From assembly GCA_024638475.1 (NCBI GenBank), contig JAHEKG010000002.1, forward strand, positions 1-60,261: 60,261 bases of DNA, written 5' to 3'. Position 1 is the first letter of the stretch; each line of letters begins with the position of its first letter. The notes beneath the pieces were generated by a model that saw only the letters and a list, made by a program, of their open reading frames with translations, was not told the DNA's origin and ran no database searches. The DNA comes from Rhodospirillales bacterium (lineage in GTDB: Bacteria > Pseudomonadota > Gammaproteobacteria > Steroidobacterales > JAHEKG01). Below, one piece after another: positions 49,591-60,261 of the stretch. The translations under genes were made by a program, and so were the position numbers.

Positions 49591-50151
49591 TCAACTGCTC
49601 AGACGCTGGGCCAGCGCCTGTAATCGTGTCTTGATTGAGCCGTCAATAACCAGATCATCGGCGCGCACGACGGCGCCGCCAATGAGATCCGGGTCTACCG
49701 AACGGTTGAGTGCCACCGACCGGCCGAGACGGGCCTGTAAGCTCTGTTTGAATTTGTCGGCCACGGCGTCGTCGACTTCGACGGCAGAAATGAGGTCGAC
49801 ATCTACGGTGTTTTCGAAGGCTGCTTTCAGTGCATCGAAGCGTGCGGCAATATCCGGCAACACGTCCAGGCGCCGATTTTCGGCCAGCAGCATCAACAGG
49901 TTCTGGCCGCGGGTTTGACCGAGCAGACGACCGGCGGCCTCATCAGCTTGGGCGCAAACCCCCGCAATCAGCGCTACCCGGTCGACATCGGCAACGCCCG
50001 GATTACTCAATATTTTGCGGGCGCCGTCATCCTCCACAACCAGCGCCGCCACGTTCAAGGCCCCGGACCACCCCGCCAGCGAATGATCGTCGCGGGCCAG
50101 ATCGAACAGGGCTTGGGCGTAGGGCCGGGCCAATGTGATGGTTTCAGCCAT
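49591..50151 (-). CDS. atpH: F0F1 ATP synthase subunit delta
   Basis: 186 aa. The start is [14 protein letters not shown], and the operon position fits. Confidence 0.9.
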   Translation of the reverse strand: MAETITLARPYAQALFDLARDDHSLAGWSGALNVAALVVEDDGARKILSNPGVADVDRVALIAGVCAQADEAAGRLLGQTRGQNLLMLLAENRRLDVLPDIAARFDALKAAFENTVDVDLISAVEVDDAVADKFKQSLQARLGRSVALNRSVDPDLIGGAVVRADDLVIDGSIKTRLQALAQRLSS

Positions 50152-50157
50152 GAAGGT

Positions 50158-50628
50158 TTAGAGTTCCGCCGCCAAGGAATCGAGCAATTGCCGATGCGTG
50201 TTGGCATCGATCTCTTTGCCCAATAACCGTTCCGCACCGGCTACCGCGATGCTAGCCACCTCGGCCCGCAGTTGATCGCGCACCCGGCTGACTTCCTGTT
50301 CGATTTCCGCCTGGGCACTATCGAGCTGGCGCTGACGTTCGCGTTCGCCTTCCGAGCGGCCTTCATCGACGATGTCGCCGGCCCTCGCATTCGCGCCGTC
50401 AACGATCTCACGGGCTTTTTCCCGGGCCTCGGCAATGATGCCGTCGGCCTGGCTTTTTGCATTATTCAGATCCGCTTGGCCTTTTTCCGCGGCCGCCAGG
50501 CCGTCCGCGATACGTTGTTCGCGCTCGGCCATAGCTTCGAGAATGATGGGCCAGACGAACTTCATGGTGAACCACACCAGAAGTCCGAACACCAGGATCT
50601 GCACGAGCAGTGTTGCGTTAATACTCAC
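50158..50628 (-). CDS. atpF: F0F1 ATP synthase subunit b
   Basis: 156 aa with an N-terminal TM helix and a long charged helix. Confidence 0.9.
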   Translation of the reverse strand: MSINATLLVQILVFGLLVWFTMKFVWPIILEAMAEREQRIADGLAAAEKGQADLNNAKSQADGIIAEAREKAREIVDGANARAGDIVDEGRSEGERERQRQLDSAQAEIEQEVSRVRDQLRAEVASIAVAGAERLLGKEIDANTHRQLLDSLAAEL

Positions 50629-50677
50629 CGTTGTCGACCTCCACCGGTCGCGTTACTCACGCGTTCAAGAACTAAGG

Positions 50678-51868
<1,191 letters not shown>

Positions 51869-52312
51869 CTAAACTGCCTGGCCCTGCCCGGGATCGATTC
51901 CGCGAGCTAGGGCAATCCAATAGGCAACAAAGGTCGCCGCGTAGGCGCCTAACATGGGCCCAACACGCGGTTCACTTAAAACGAGTACCAAAGCGAATAG
52001 CACCACAGTGAGCAATAACTTAACGAACTCGCCACTGTAAAACCGGCGCGCAATGCGGTCTGGTTCTGCATCCGGACGCCGTCGAAAACAATTCAGCGCC
52101 ATGTACAGCCCAGCCAGAGTACCGATACCGCCGCCCGCCAACGCAGACCAAGCGGCCACGGAACCTCCCAGGTACCCGCTCGCCAACGTCACCAGTAGTG
52201 TGATCCCTAATTGACTTGCCACAATGGTCAGCGCCTGCCGGCGTGCTGCCCGATAATTCGTGGTTTCGTCAGCCACCACCGAGGCTCCGATTGCCAAAAC
52301 CCCTCCATCCAC
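51869..52312 (-). CDS. atpI: ATP synthase protein I
   Basis: A small four-helix hydrophobic protein immediately upstream of atpB. The start codon is uncertain. Confidence 0.7.
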   Translation of the reverse strand: MDGGVLAIGASVVADETTNYRAARRQALTIVASQLGITLLVTLASGYLGGSVAAWSALAGGGIGTLAGLYMALNCFRRRPDAEPDRIARRFYSGEFVKLLLTVVLFALVLVLSEPRVGPMLGAYAATFVAYWIALARGIDPGQGQAV

Positions 52313-52466
52313 TGCTTGGATGGGGTCGATTCGGGCAAATAAAAAGCCACATCATCAACCGCTCCAAATAGGTTTGTGTGGCGTCGGACCCCGGCAGCTT
52401 CGCCCGCTACCGGAAAACGCGGCCATTTTAGGGGCTTGCCCGGTTACGTTCAACCCGAAAACGCCC

Positions 52467-53339
52467 CTATTTGATGTGCTCCAGGATCCCGTCCAGCTCA
52501 TCCAAGGACGAGTAGCCGATAATCACCTTACCGCCCCGCTTGCCGTGCTGGATTGTCACCGGCGCGCCGAGTTGGTCGCCGAGCCGGCGCTCGAGACGCT
52601 TCACGTTGCCATCCCTCGTCTCGGTCTTCACCGGTTTGCGGCTCGCGGGCCGTCCGGCTTCGGCCTGCACCAGGCGTTCGGTTTCCCGCACGCTCAGGCC
52701 CTGGCGCGCCACCCGGCGGGCCAGGCCGACCTGTTCCGCGGGGGTCGCCAACGCCAGGAGGGCCCGCGCATGCCCCATGCCGAGGTCGCGGCGTTCTACC
52801 ATGTCCTTGATTTCCTGGGGTAACTCCAGCAAACGGAGCAGATTGCTCACGGCCACCCGCGAACGCCCCACAGCCTCGGCGGCCTCCCCATGGGTCACCT
52901 GGAATTCGTCGATCAGGCGTTTCAAGGCCCGCGCCTCTTCCAGCGGATTGAGATCCTCGCGCTGAATGTTTTCGATGAGCGCCACTGCGACCGCCGCGAT
53001 ATCGGGAATTTCCCGCACCACCGCGGGGATGGTGTCCAGCCCGGCCATCTGGGCCGCCCGCCAGCGGCGTTCGCCCGCAATGATCTCGTACCGGCCATCG
53101 CGGCCACCGATGGCCCTCGCTACGATGGGTTGGACGACACCCTGGGCGCGGATCGACTCCGCCAATTCCGCCAAGGCATCCTCCCGCATGTCCAGGCGCG
53201 GCTGATACTGGCCGCGCTGCAAAACATCCAGTGGCAGCTCTTTGAGTTCGCCCTCGGTCGTTGGCTGCAACCCCCCGGCATTAGCGGGGCTGCTCAGCAG
53301 CGCTTCCAGGCCGCGACCGAGACTTCTACGTTTTGCCAT
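52467..53339 (-). CDS. parB: chromosome partitioning protein ParB
   Basis: MAKRRSLGRGLEALL is the typical start (ATG at 53339; the ORF-track TTG is at 53351). It has the ParB box GERRWRAA and an HTH region. Confidence 0.93.
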   Translation of the reverse strand: MAKRRSLGRGLEALLSSPANAGGLQPTTEGELKELPLDVLQRGQYQPRLDMREDALAELAESIRAQGVVQPIVARAIGGRDGRYEIIAGERRWRAAQMAGLDTIPAVVREIPDIAAVAVALIENIQREDLNPLEEARALKRLIDEFQVTHGEAAEAVGRSRVAVSNLLRLLELPQEIKDMVERRDLGMGHARALLALATPAEQVGLARRVARQGLSVRETERLVQAEAGRPASRKPVKTETRDGNVKRLERRLGDQLGAPVTIQHGKRGGKVIIGYSSLDELDGILEHIK

Positions 53340-53399
53340 GGATAGGTCCAAAAAAAATGCTGGCGGATTGTAACAACATGTTAGTCATGGCCCTAGGAG

Positions 53400-54179
53400 T
53401 TATCGGCTCTCATCCGACTGCTCACGCCGATTGATCTCCCCGGCTAAAGCGAGATAGGCCAGCGCGCCCCTGGAGTACTTGTCGTGAAACAGCGCCGGCC
53501 GGCCAAAACTCGGCGCCTCGGCCAAGCGCACGTTGCGCGGTACGACCGTACGGTACACCTTGTCGCCGAAGTGTTCGATGAGCTGGGCGCCAACCTCGTT
53601 GGCCAGGTTATTGCGCGGGTCAAACATCGTGCGCAAGATGCCTTGGATCTCCAAGCCCGGGTTCACGCTCTCGCGCACTTGGTTGACCGTGGTTACCAGC
53701 GCGGTCAGTCCCTCCAACGCGTAATACTCACACTGCATGGGAATCAACACGCCATGGGCTGCCGTCAGCGCATTCACGGTGAGGATGTTCAGGGCAGGCG
53801 GACAATCGATGAGAATATATTGATACAGCCCGACGATGGGTTGAAGTGCCCGTCGCAGTCGAAATTCCCGCTCGTCGAGTTCCAGCAGCGCCACTTCGGC
53901 CGCGGTGAGGTCCGCGTTGCTCGGCAGCAAAGAAAAATCTCCCTCCGGCACAGAGACAATGCTATCCGCCGCCGTGGCATCGCCCAACAGGACATCGCAA
54001 ACCGTCACTTCCAAGCCGTGCTTGTCGACCCCCGCCCCCATGGTGGCGTTGCCCTGGGGATCCAAATCCACCAATAGCACCCGTCGCTGGGTTGCCGCCA
54101 ATGATGCGGCTAAATTGACACATGTGGTGGTCTTTCCCACCCCGCCCTTCTGATTGGCGATTGCAATGATCCTGCTCAT
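53400..54179 (-). CDS. parA: chromosome partitioning ATPase ParA/Soj
   Basis: The deviant Walker A is IANQKGGVGKTT. 259 aa. Confidence 0.93.
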   Translation of the reverse strand: MSRIIAIANQKGGVGKTTTCVNLAASLAATQRRVLLVDLDPQGNATMGAGVDKHGLEVTVCDVLLGDATAADSIVSVPEGDFSLLPSNADLTAAEVALLELDEREFRLRRALQPIVGLYQYILIDCPPALNILTVNALTAAHGVLIPMQCEYYALEGLTALVTTVNQVRESVNPGLEIQGILRTMFDPRNNLANEVGAQLIEHFGDKVYRTVVPRNVRLAEAPSFGRPALFHDKYSRGALAYLALAGEINRREQSDESR

Positions 54180-54817
54180 GCTCGTGGCCCGTCTGCGGCA
54201 GTGATTACCACCACGCGACTATCCCTACCCCCCAACGGCAATGCTTGCATCGAAGCTAGCTGAAAACCGCGCGGCAATTTTTCGAGTTCTTGTTCCACAG
54301 CCGGCCCTTTCAAGGCGACCAGCCTACCGTGATGTCCCAAAAGATGGGCCACCATCGGAATAAGTTTCGGTAGCGGTGCCAGTGCGCGAGCTACGACCGT
54401 AGCAAAGCCGCGCGCCGGCCGGAAGTCCTTTAGGTCACTCTTGAGGACCGAGAGGTTGTTCAGCCTGAGCTGTTGGGCGACATGATCGAGAAAAGCGGCT
54501 TTTTTCCCGGCCCGCTCGACCAACAGAAACTGACGGTGGGGCTGTGCAATCGCTAGCGGCACACCGGGCAACCCGGCGCCACTGCCCGCGTCGCAGCAAT
54601 GTTCGCCCTCGATCCAAGGTCCGGCGGCCAGGCTTTCCGTGAGATGGCGCTGGATCATCGCATCAAGATCGCGTACCGCTGTAAGGTTATGAACTCGATT
54701 CCAACGCTGGAGCAACAGCAAGAAATTGGCCAACTGCTCGAGCTGCTGGGGCTCTAACGCCACAATGGGCGCGGTAGCCTGCTCGACTCGCTGTTGTAAT
54801 CCCTCCGCGGTGATCAT
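54176..54817 (-). CDS. rsmG: 16S rRNA (guanine527-N7)-methyltransferase
   Basis: 213 aa. The SAM motif is DAGSGAGLPGVPLAI, and there is an ATGA overlap with parA. Confidence 0.9.
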   Translation of the reverse strand: MITAEGLQQRVEQATAPIVALEPQQLEQLANFLLLLQRWNRVHNLTAVRDLDAMIQRHLTESLAAGPWIEGEHCCDAGSGAGLPGVPLAIAQPHRQFLLVERAGKKAAFLDHVAQQLRLNNLSVLKSDLKDFRPARGFATVVARALAPLPKLIPMVAHLLGHHGRLVALKGPAVEQELEKLPRGFQLASMQALPLGGRDSRVVVITAADGPRA

Positions 54818-54920
54818 GTCGGCAGTATAGAGGTTGGCTGGCGGGCCGCCCTACCGCGATCGCGGCATTTGGCTTAGTGCTGGGCTTTACAGGTCGACGG
54901 ATCTGGTACAGCCTGGGGTC

Positions 54921-56834
54921 ATGCGCAGGCAATTACTTTTGTACGGGCTCGCCATGGCCCATCTGCTGAATGCGGCAAGCGGCGCCGAACCGCTTCAACG
55001 GCGCCAGGTCGGCAACATGGTGTTGGAGGGTGTCCCCGCGGCAAGCGCCGCCGACGCCCGCTCGGTCACCCCCTATTTGGAATACCGCTCGGCGCGGCTG
55101 TTGGGCTGGTTGAATGGGGGGGTTTTGATCCGCACGCGCTTTGGGGCGACGGATCAGTTACATCGCGTCGCGCAACCCCTGGGAGCCCGCCGCCAAATCA
55201 CGTTCTATGAGGAACCCGTCCGCAGCGCCGTGGCCAACGGCCGGGAATTGGTGTTTCTGAAAGACACCGGCGGCGACGAGCAATACCAAGTGTTCCGCTG
55301 GCAACACGACGGTCAGGCTGCGGCACTCACCCCGCCGGGCACCCGCAGCGGCGAGCCGGTGTTTTCTCCGGACGGCGGCTGGTTGGCCTACTACAGTAAC
55401 GCCCGGGACGGCGTGCATTGGGATATCTGGGTCACCCAGGTGGCCGCCGGCCAGTCCCGCCGGGTCACGACCACGGTGGATGGCGCGGCCTGGTTCGCTC
55501 TGAGTTTTTCGGCGGACAACCGGCGTTTACTGTTGCAGCAATACCGGTCGATCAACGATAGCCAGTTATGGGTCCTGGAACTGGACAGCGAGCGGTTGGC
55601 GCCGCTGGCGTTGGCCGGCGGCGATACGGTCGGCATTGCCCACGCCGAATTCGATCGTGGCGGCGACGGCATATTGGTCAGCGCCGACTTGGAAGGGGAG
55701 TTTCGCCAATTGCACCGCCTTGACGCAGGCCGGCGCGAGAGTTTGTCGGCCCCTATTCCCTGGGACGTTAACCAGTTTGCGCAGAGCGACGACGGCCGCC
55801 TCATCGCCATGGTGAGCAACGCAGGCGGCAGGAGTCAGGTCGACATCATCGACGAAGCCGCGCGCATGGAGCTCACACCGCCGGCGTTGCCTACCGGCGT
55901 GATTGACGGGTTGTTCTTCGAACCAGGCGGACACCGGCTGGCGTTGAGCCTGCAAAGCTCGACCTCGCCGGCCGACGTGTGGGTATTGGAATGGCAACCC
56001 AAACCGGTTTGGGTTCGGTGGACGGCTAGCGAAACCGCGGGGCTCGATCCGGCCCAGTTGGCCACGGAGCGCCTCATAAACTACGAGAGTTTCGATGGCC
56101 TGCGGATACCGGCGTTTGTTTACACACCGCGTTCCGCCGGGCCACACCCCGTCGTCGTCTATATTCACGGCGGGCCGGAAGGCCAACACATGGCGAGATT
56201 CGATCCCACCCTCCAGTTCCTCGTCAAGGAACTCGGTTTCGCGGTGGTTGCACCCAACGTGCGCGGTTCCGCGGGCTACGGCAAACGCTATTTGCGGCTC
56301 GACAATGGCCGCCTCCGCAAAGACTCCGTCAAAGACATCGGCGCCCTGCTGGATTGGCTGGACAGCCAAGCCGAGCTTGACGCGCGGCGCACGGTCGTGA
56401 TGGGCGGTTCCTATGGGGGCTACATGGTGCTAGCCAGCCTAGTGGACTATGGCGATCGACTCCTCGGTGGCATCGACCGGGTCGGTATCAGCAACTTTGT
56501 CACGTTTCTAGAGAACACCAGCCCCTACCGGCAAGATCTGCGCCGGGCAGAATACGGCGACGAGCGTGACCCGGACATGCGCCGCTTCCTCGAAGCCATC
56601 GCGCCCATGAATCACGCCGAGCGGATCCGCAAGCCGCTCATGGTGTTACAGGGCGCCAACGACCCGCGGGTACCGCAGAGCGAATCCGAACAAATGGTCG
56701 CCACTATTCGGAACAACGGCGGCGAGGTTTGGTATCTGCTGGCGTTGAACGAAGGCCACGGCTTGCGGCGCAAGGCCAATCAACGCCGCTACCTGGAAAC
56801 GGTCGGCCAGTTCCTGAGCCACCTCATTCGCTGA
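54921..56834 (+). CDS. secreted S9-family serine peptidase (beta-propeller plus prolyl-oligopeptidase-type alpha/beta hydrolase)
   Basis: I prefer the start at MRRQLLLYGLAMAHLLNAASG (signal peptide, ATG at 54921). The nucleophile is in GGSYGGY. FSPDG-type propeller repeats are present, and the C-terminal region includes GANDPRV and EGHG. Confidence 0.88.
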   Translation: MRRQLLLYGLAMAHLLNAASGAEPLQRRQVGNMVLEGVPAASAADARSVTPYLEYRSARLLGWLNGGVLIRTRFGATDQLHRVAQPLGARRQITFYEEPVRSAVANGRELVFLKDTGGDEQYQVFRWQHDGQAAALTPPGTRSGEPVFSPDGGWLAYYSNARDGVHWDIWVTQVAAGQSRRVTTTVDGAAWFALSFSADNRRLLLQQYRSINDSQLWVLELDSERLAPLALAGGDTVGIAHAEFDRGGDGILVSADLEGEFRQLHRLDAGRRESLSAPIPWDVNQFAQSDDGRLIAMVSNAGGRSQVDIIDEAARMELTPPALPTGVIDGLFFEPGGHRLALSLQSSTSPADVWVLEWQPKPVWVRWTASETAGLDPAQLATERLINYESFDGLRIPAFVYTPRSAGPHPVVVYIHGGPEGQHMARFDPTLQFLVKELGFAVVAPNVRGSAGYGKRYLRLDNGRLRKDSVKDIGALLDWLDSQAELDARRTVVMGGSYGGYMVLASLVDYGDRLLGGIDRVGISNFVTFLENTSPYRQDLRRAEYGDERDPDMRRFLEAIAPMNHAERIRKPLMVLQGANDPRVPQSESEQMVATIRNNGGEVWYLLALNEGHGLRRKANQRRYLETVGQFLSHLIR

Positions 56835-56851
56835 CGGTGGCGGCGCACCCA

Positions 56852-56872
56852 AAATGGGGACATTCCCCATTT
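56852..56872. terminator. palindromic hairpin, copy 1, between the convergent S9 peptidase and gyrB genes
   Basis: AAATGGGGA-cat-TCCCCATTT. Confidence 0.55.
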
Positions 56873-56900
56873 ATCCGGCACTGACTTGCCAACGGCCGCG

Positions 56901-56923
56901 GAAATGGGGAATGTCCCCATTTC
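56901..56923. terminator. palindromic hairpin, copy 2 (reverse complement of copy 1), 4 nt from the gyrB stop
   Basis: GAAATGGGGA-atg-TCCCCATTTC. Confidence 0.55.
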
Positions 56924-56926
56924 TGC

Positions 56927-59356
<2,430 letters not shown>

Positions 59357-59372
59357 TCAAAAAAGCAGATCA

Positions 59373-60261
59373 TTATACCACCCTGCGGACTACGCCTTGT
59401 TCCACGTGAAACACCGGGTGACCCGGATCGGACGGCAAGACCTCGGGGTCGAGACCCGTGATCAGCAGCTGGGCAGGGGCCTGCCAAAGTTGCTCCAGAA
59501 AGCGGTCCAGGAGGGGGTTGGCGAGTTCGGCCGCCGGATCGTCCACCAACAACAAAGGCGCACGGCCCAAACGATCCGCCAACAGCGCCGTTTGGGCTAG
59601 GCTCAGCGCCGCGGCCACCAGTTTCTGCTGCCCACGGGACGCCTGCTCGCGCACAAGGCCCCCTTCGAGTAATACCCTAAGTTCGGCACGGTGGGGGCCA
59701 AGGCCCGTTCTACCCCGCTCCAGGTCCTTCTGGCGGGCTTTCGCCAATGCCTCGGCGAGTTCGACCTCCTGACCCCAGCCGCGACGGTATGCGCAATATA
59801 GCTCCAGACCCAGCAGGCTTTGGCCGATGGCGGATAAATGGCGATTCAGCCGCTCCAGGTAGGCCGCCCGATAACCATCCAGGGCCACGCCGGCGGCAGC
59901 CAGTTCCTGGTCCCAGGCGGGAATAGCTCCGTTGCTCTCCGCTTTAAGCGCCGCGTTGCGCTGTCCGAGGGCGCGCCGGTAACGGCGCCAGGTGTCAAGA
60001 TAACCGGGTTCCACGTGAAACACCCCCCAATCGAGGAACTTCCGGCGACCGTCGGGACCGCCCTCGATAAGCCGGTGGATGGTCGGATCGATCACAAGCA
60101 CCGGCAGGGCGGCGGCGAGTGCCATGGCCTTGCTGGGTTCCCCATTCAAGCGCCACTCCCGCCGGCCCTGGGCCAGACTCGTCGCCACCTGCTGTTGCTC
60201 GGCGCCCTCGCCCACGGTCCCCCGCAAAATCAGCTGCTGGGCTCCCCAACGGACCAGCGTC
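59373..60261 (-). CDS. recF: DNA replication and repair protein RecF (N-terminal part lies beyond the window end)
   Basis: The frame stays open to nt 60261 beyond the listed TTG at 60227. Motifs are FLDWGVFHVEPGY, the ABC signature SRGQQKL and the Walker B LLLVDD. Confidence 0.9.
   Translation of the reverse strand, partial: TLVRWGAQQLILRGTVGEGAEQQQVATSLAQGRREWRLNGEPSKAMALAAALPVLVIDPTIHRLIEGGPDGRRKFLDWGVFHVEPGYLDTWRRYRRALGQRNAALKAESNGAIPAWDQELAAAGVALDGYRAAYLERLNRHLSAIGQSLLGLELYCAYRRGWGQEVELAEALAKARQKDLERGRTGLGPHRAELRVLLEGGLVREQASRGQQKLVAAALSLAQTALLADRLGRAPLLLVDDPAAELANPLLDRFLEQLWQAPAQLLITGLDPEVLPSDPGHPVFHVEQGVVRRVV
59398..59413. promoter_or_regulatory. parS centromere-like ParB-binding site (16/16 match to the consensus TGTTCCACGTGAAACA)
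   Basis: An exact TGTTCCACGTGAAACA lies inside the recF 3' end, where it encodes VFHVEQ. Confidence 0.8.
60007..60022. promoter_or_regulatory. parS-like site (15/16 match)
   Basis: GGTTCCACGTGAAACA lies inside recF, where it encodes VFHVEP. Confidence 0.65.

Noticed and set aside
52313-52466. Possible oriC or DnaA-box cluster near parB/atpI, and elsewhere in this origin-proximal window.
   Set aside because: I looked for TTATCCACA / TGTGGATAA-type boxes and AT-rich 13-mers. I found only isolated partial matches (e.g. TGTGGATTA at about 4454 inside tsaC) and no cluster. oriC is probably outside the window, near dnaA.

Overview
High-GC gammaproteobacterial chromosome segment close to the replication origin. 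I saw no rRNA, tRNA, CRISPR array, IS element or prophage. The left third holds housekeeping genes: dprA (5'-truncated)-smg-topA-tsaC, a large secreted S8 subtilase, tag, aroE, gor, prlC and xthA. The right third is a minus-strand block, recF (5' end off-window)-gyrB, then rsmG-parA-parB-atpIBEFHAGDC-glmU-glmS. It is interrupted only by an oppositely oriented S9 peptidase. Two parS-like sites lie inside recF. The middle is accessory-looking and visibly more AT-rich from about 27.5 to 39.8 kb. It contains a tyrosine-catabolism cluster (hppD-VOC-FAH-maiA with a divergent Lrp regulator), corA, SPFH/NfeD, an M48-TerB peptidase, several lipoproteins, a sigma32-type promoter in front of an hsp20 gene, and a GAF/degenerate-GGDEF protein. 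Two loci stand out. (1) A tightly packed six-gene minus-strand operon (34697->29183) encodes Hpt, an OmpR-type response regulator, a coiled-coil protein, a TM/BON/OmpA-domain protein, a Ras/Rab-like small GTPase and a soluble hybrid histidine kinase. I do not know a characterised system with this composition. (2) An ECF sigma/anti-sigma pair is followed by a signal-peptide-bearing Cys-repeat peptide (3 x EGSCGEGKCGGDKGE, encoded by three 45-bp tandem repeats). The peptide resembles HvfA/EGKCG-type bufferin RiPP metallophore precursors, but no DUF692/DUF2063 maturation genes are adjacent. All calls rest on reading the translated ORFs and DNA by eye; no database search was run.
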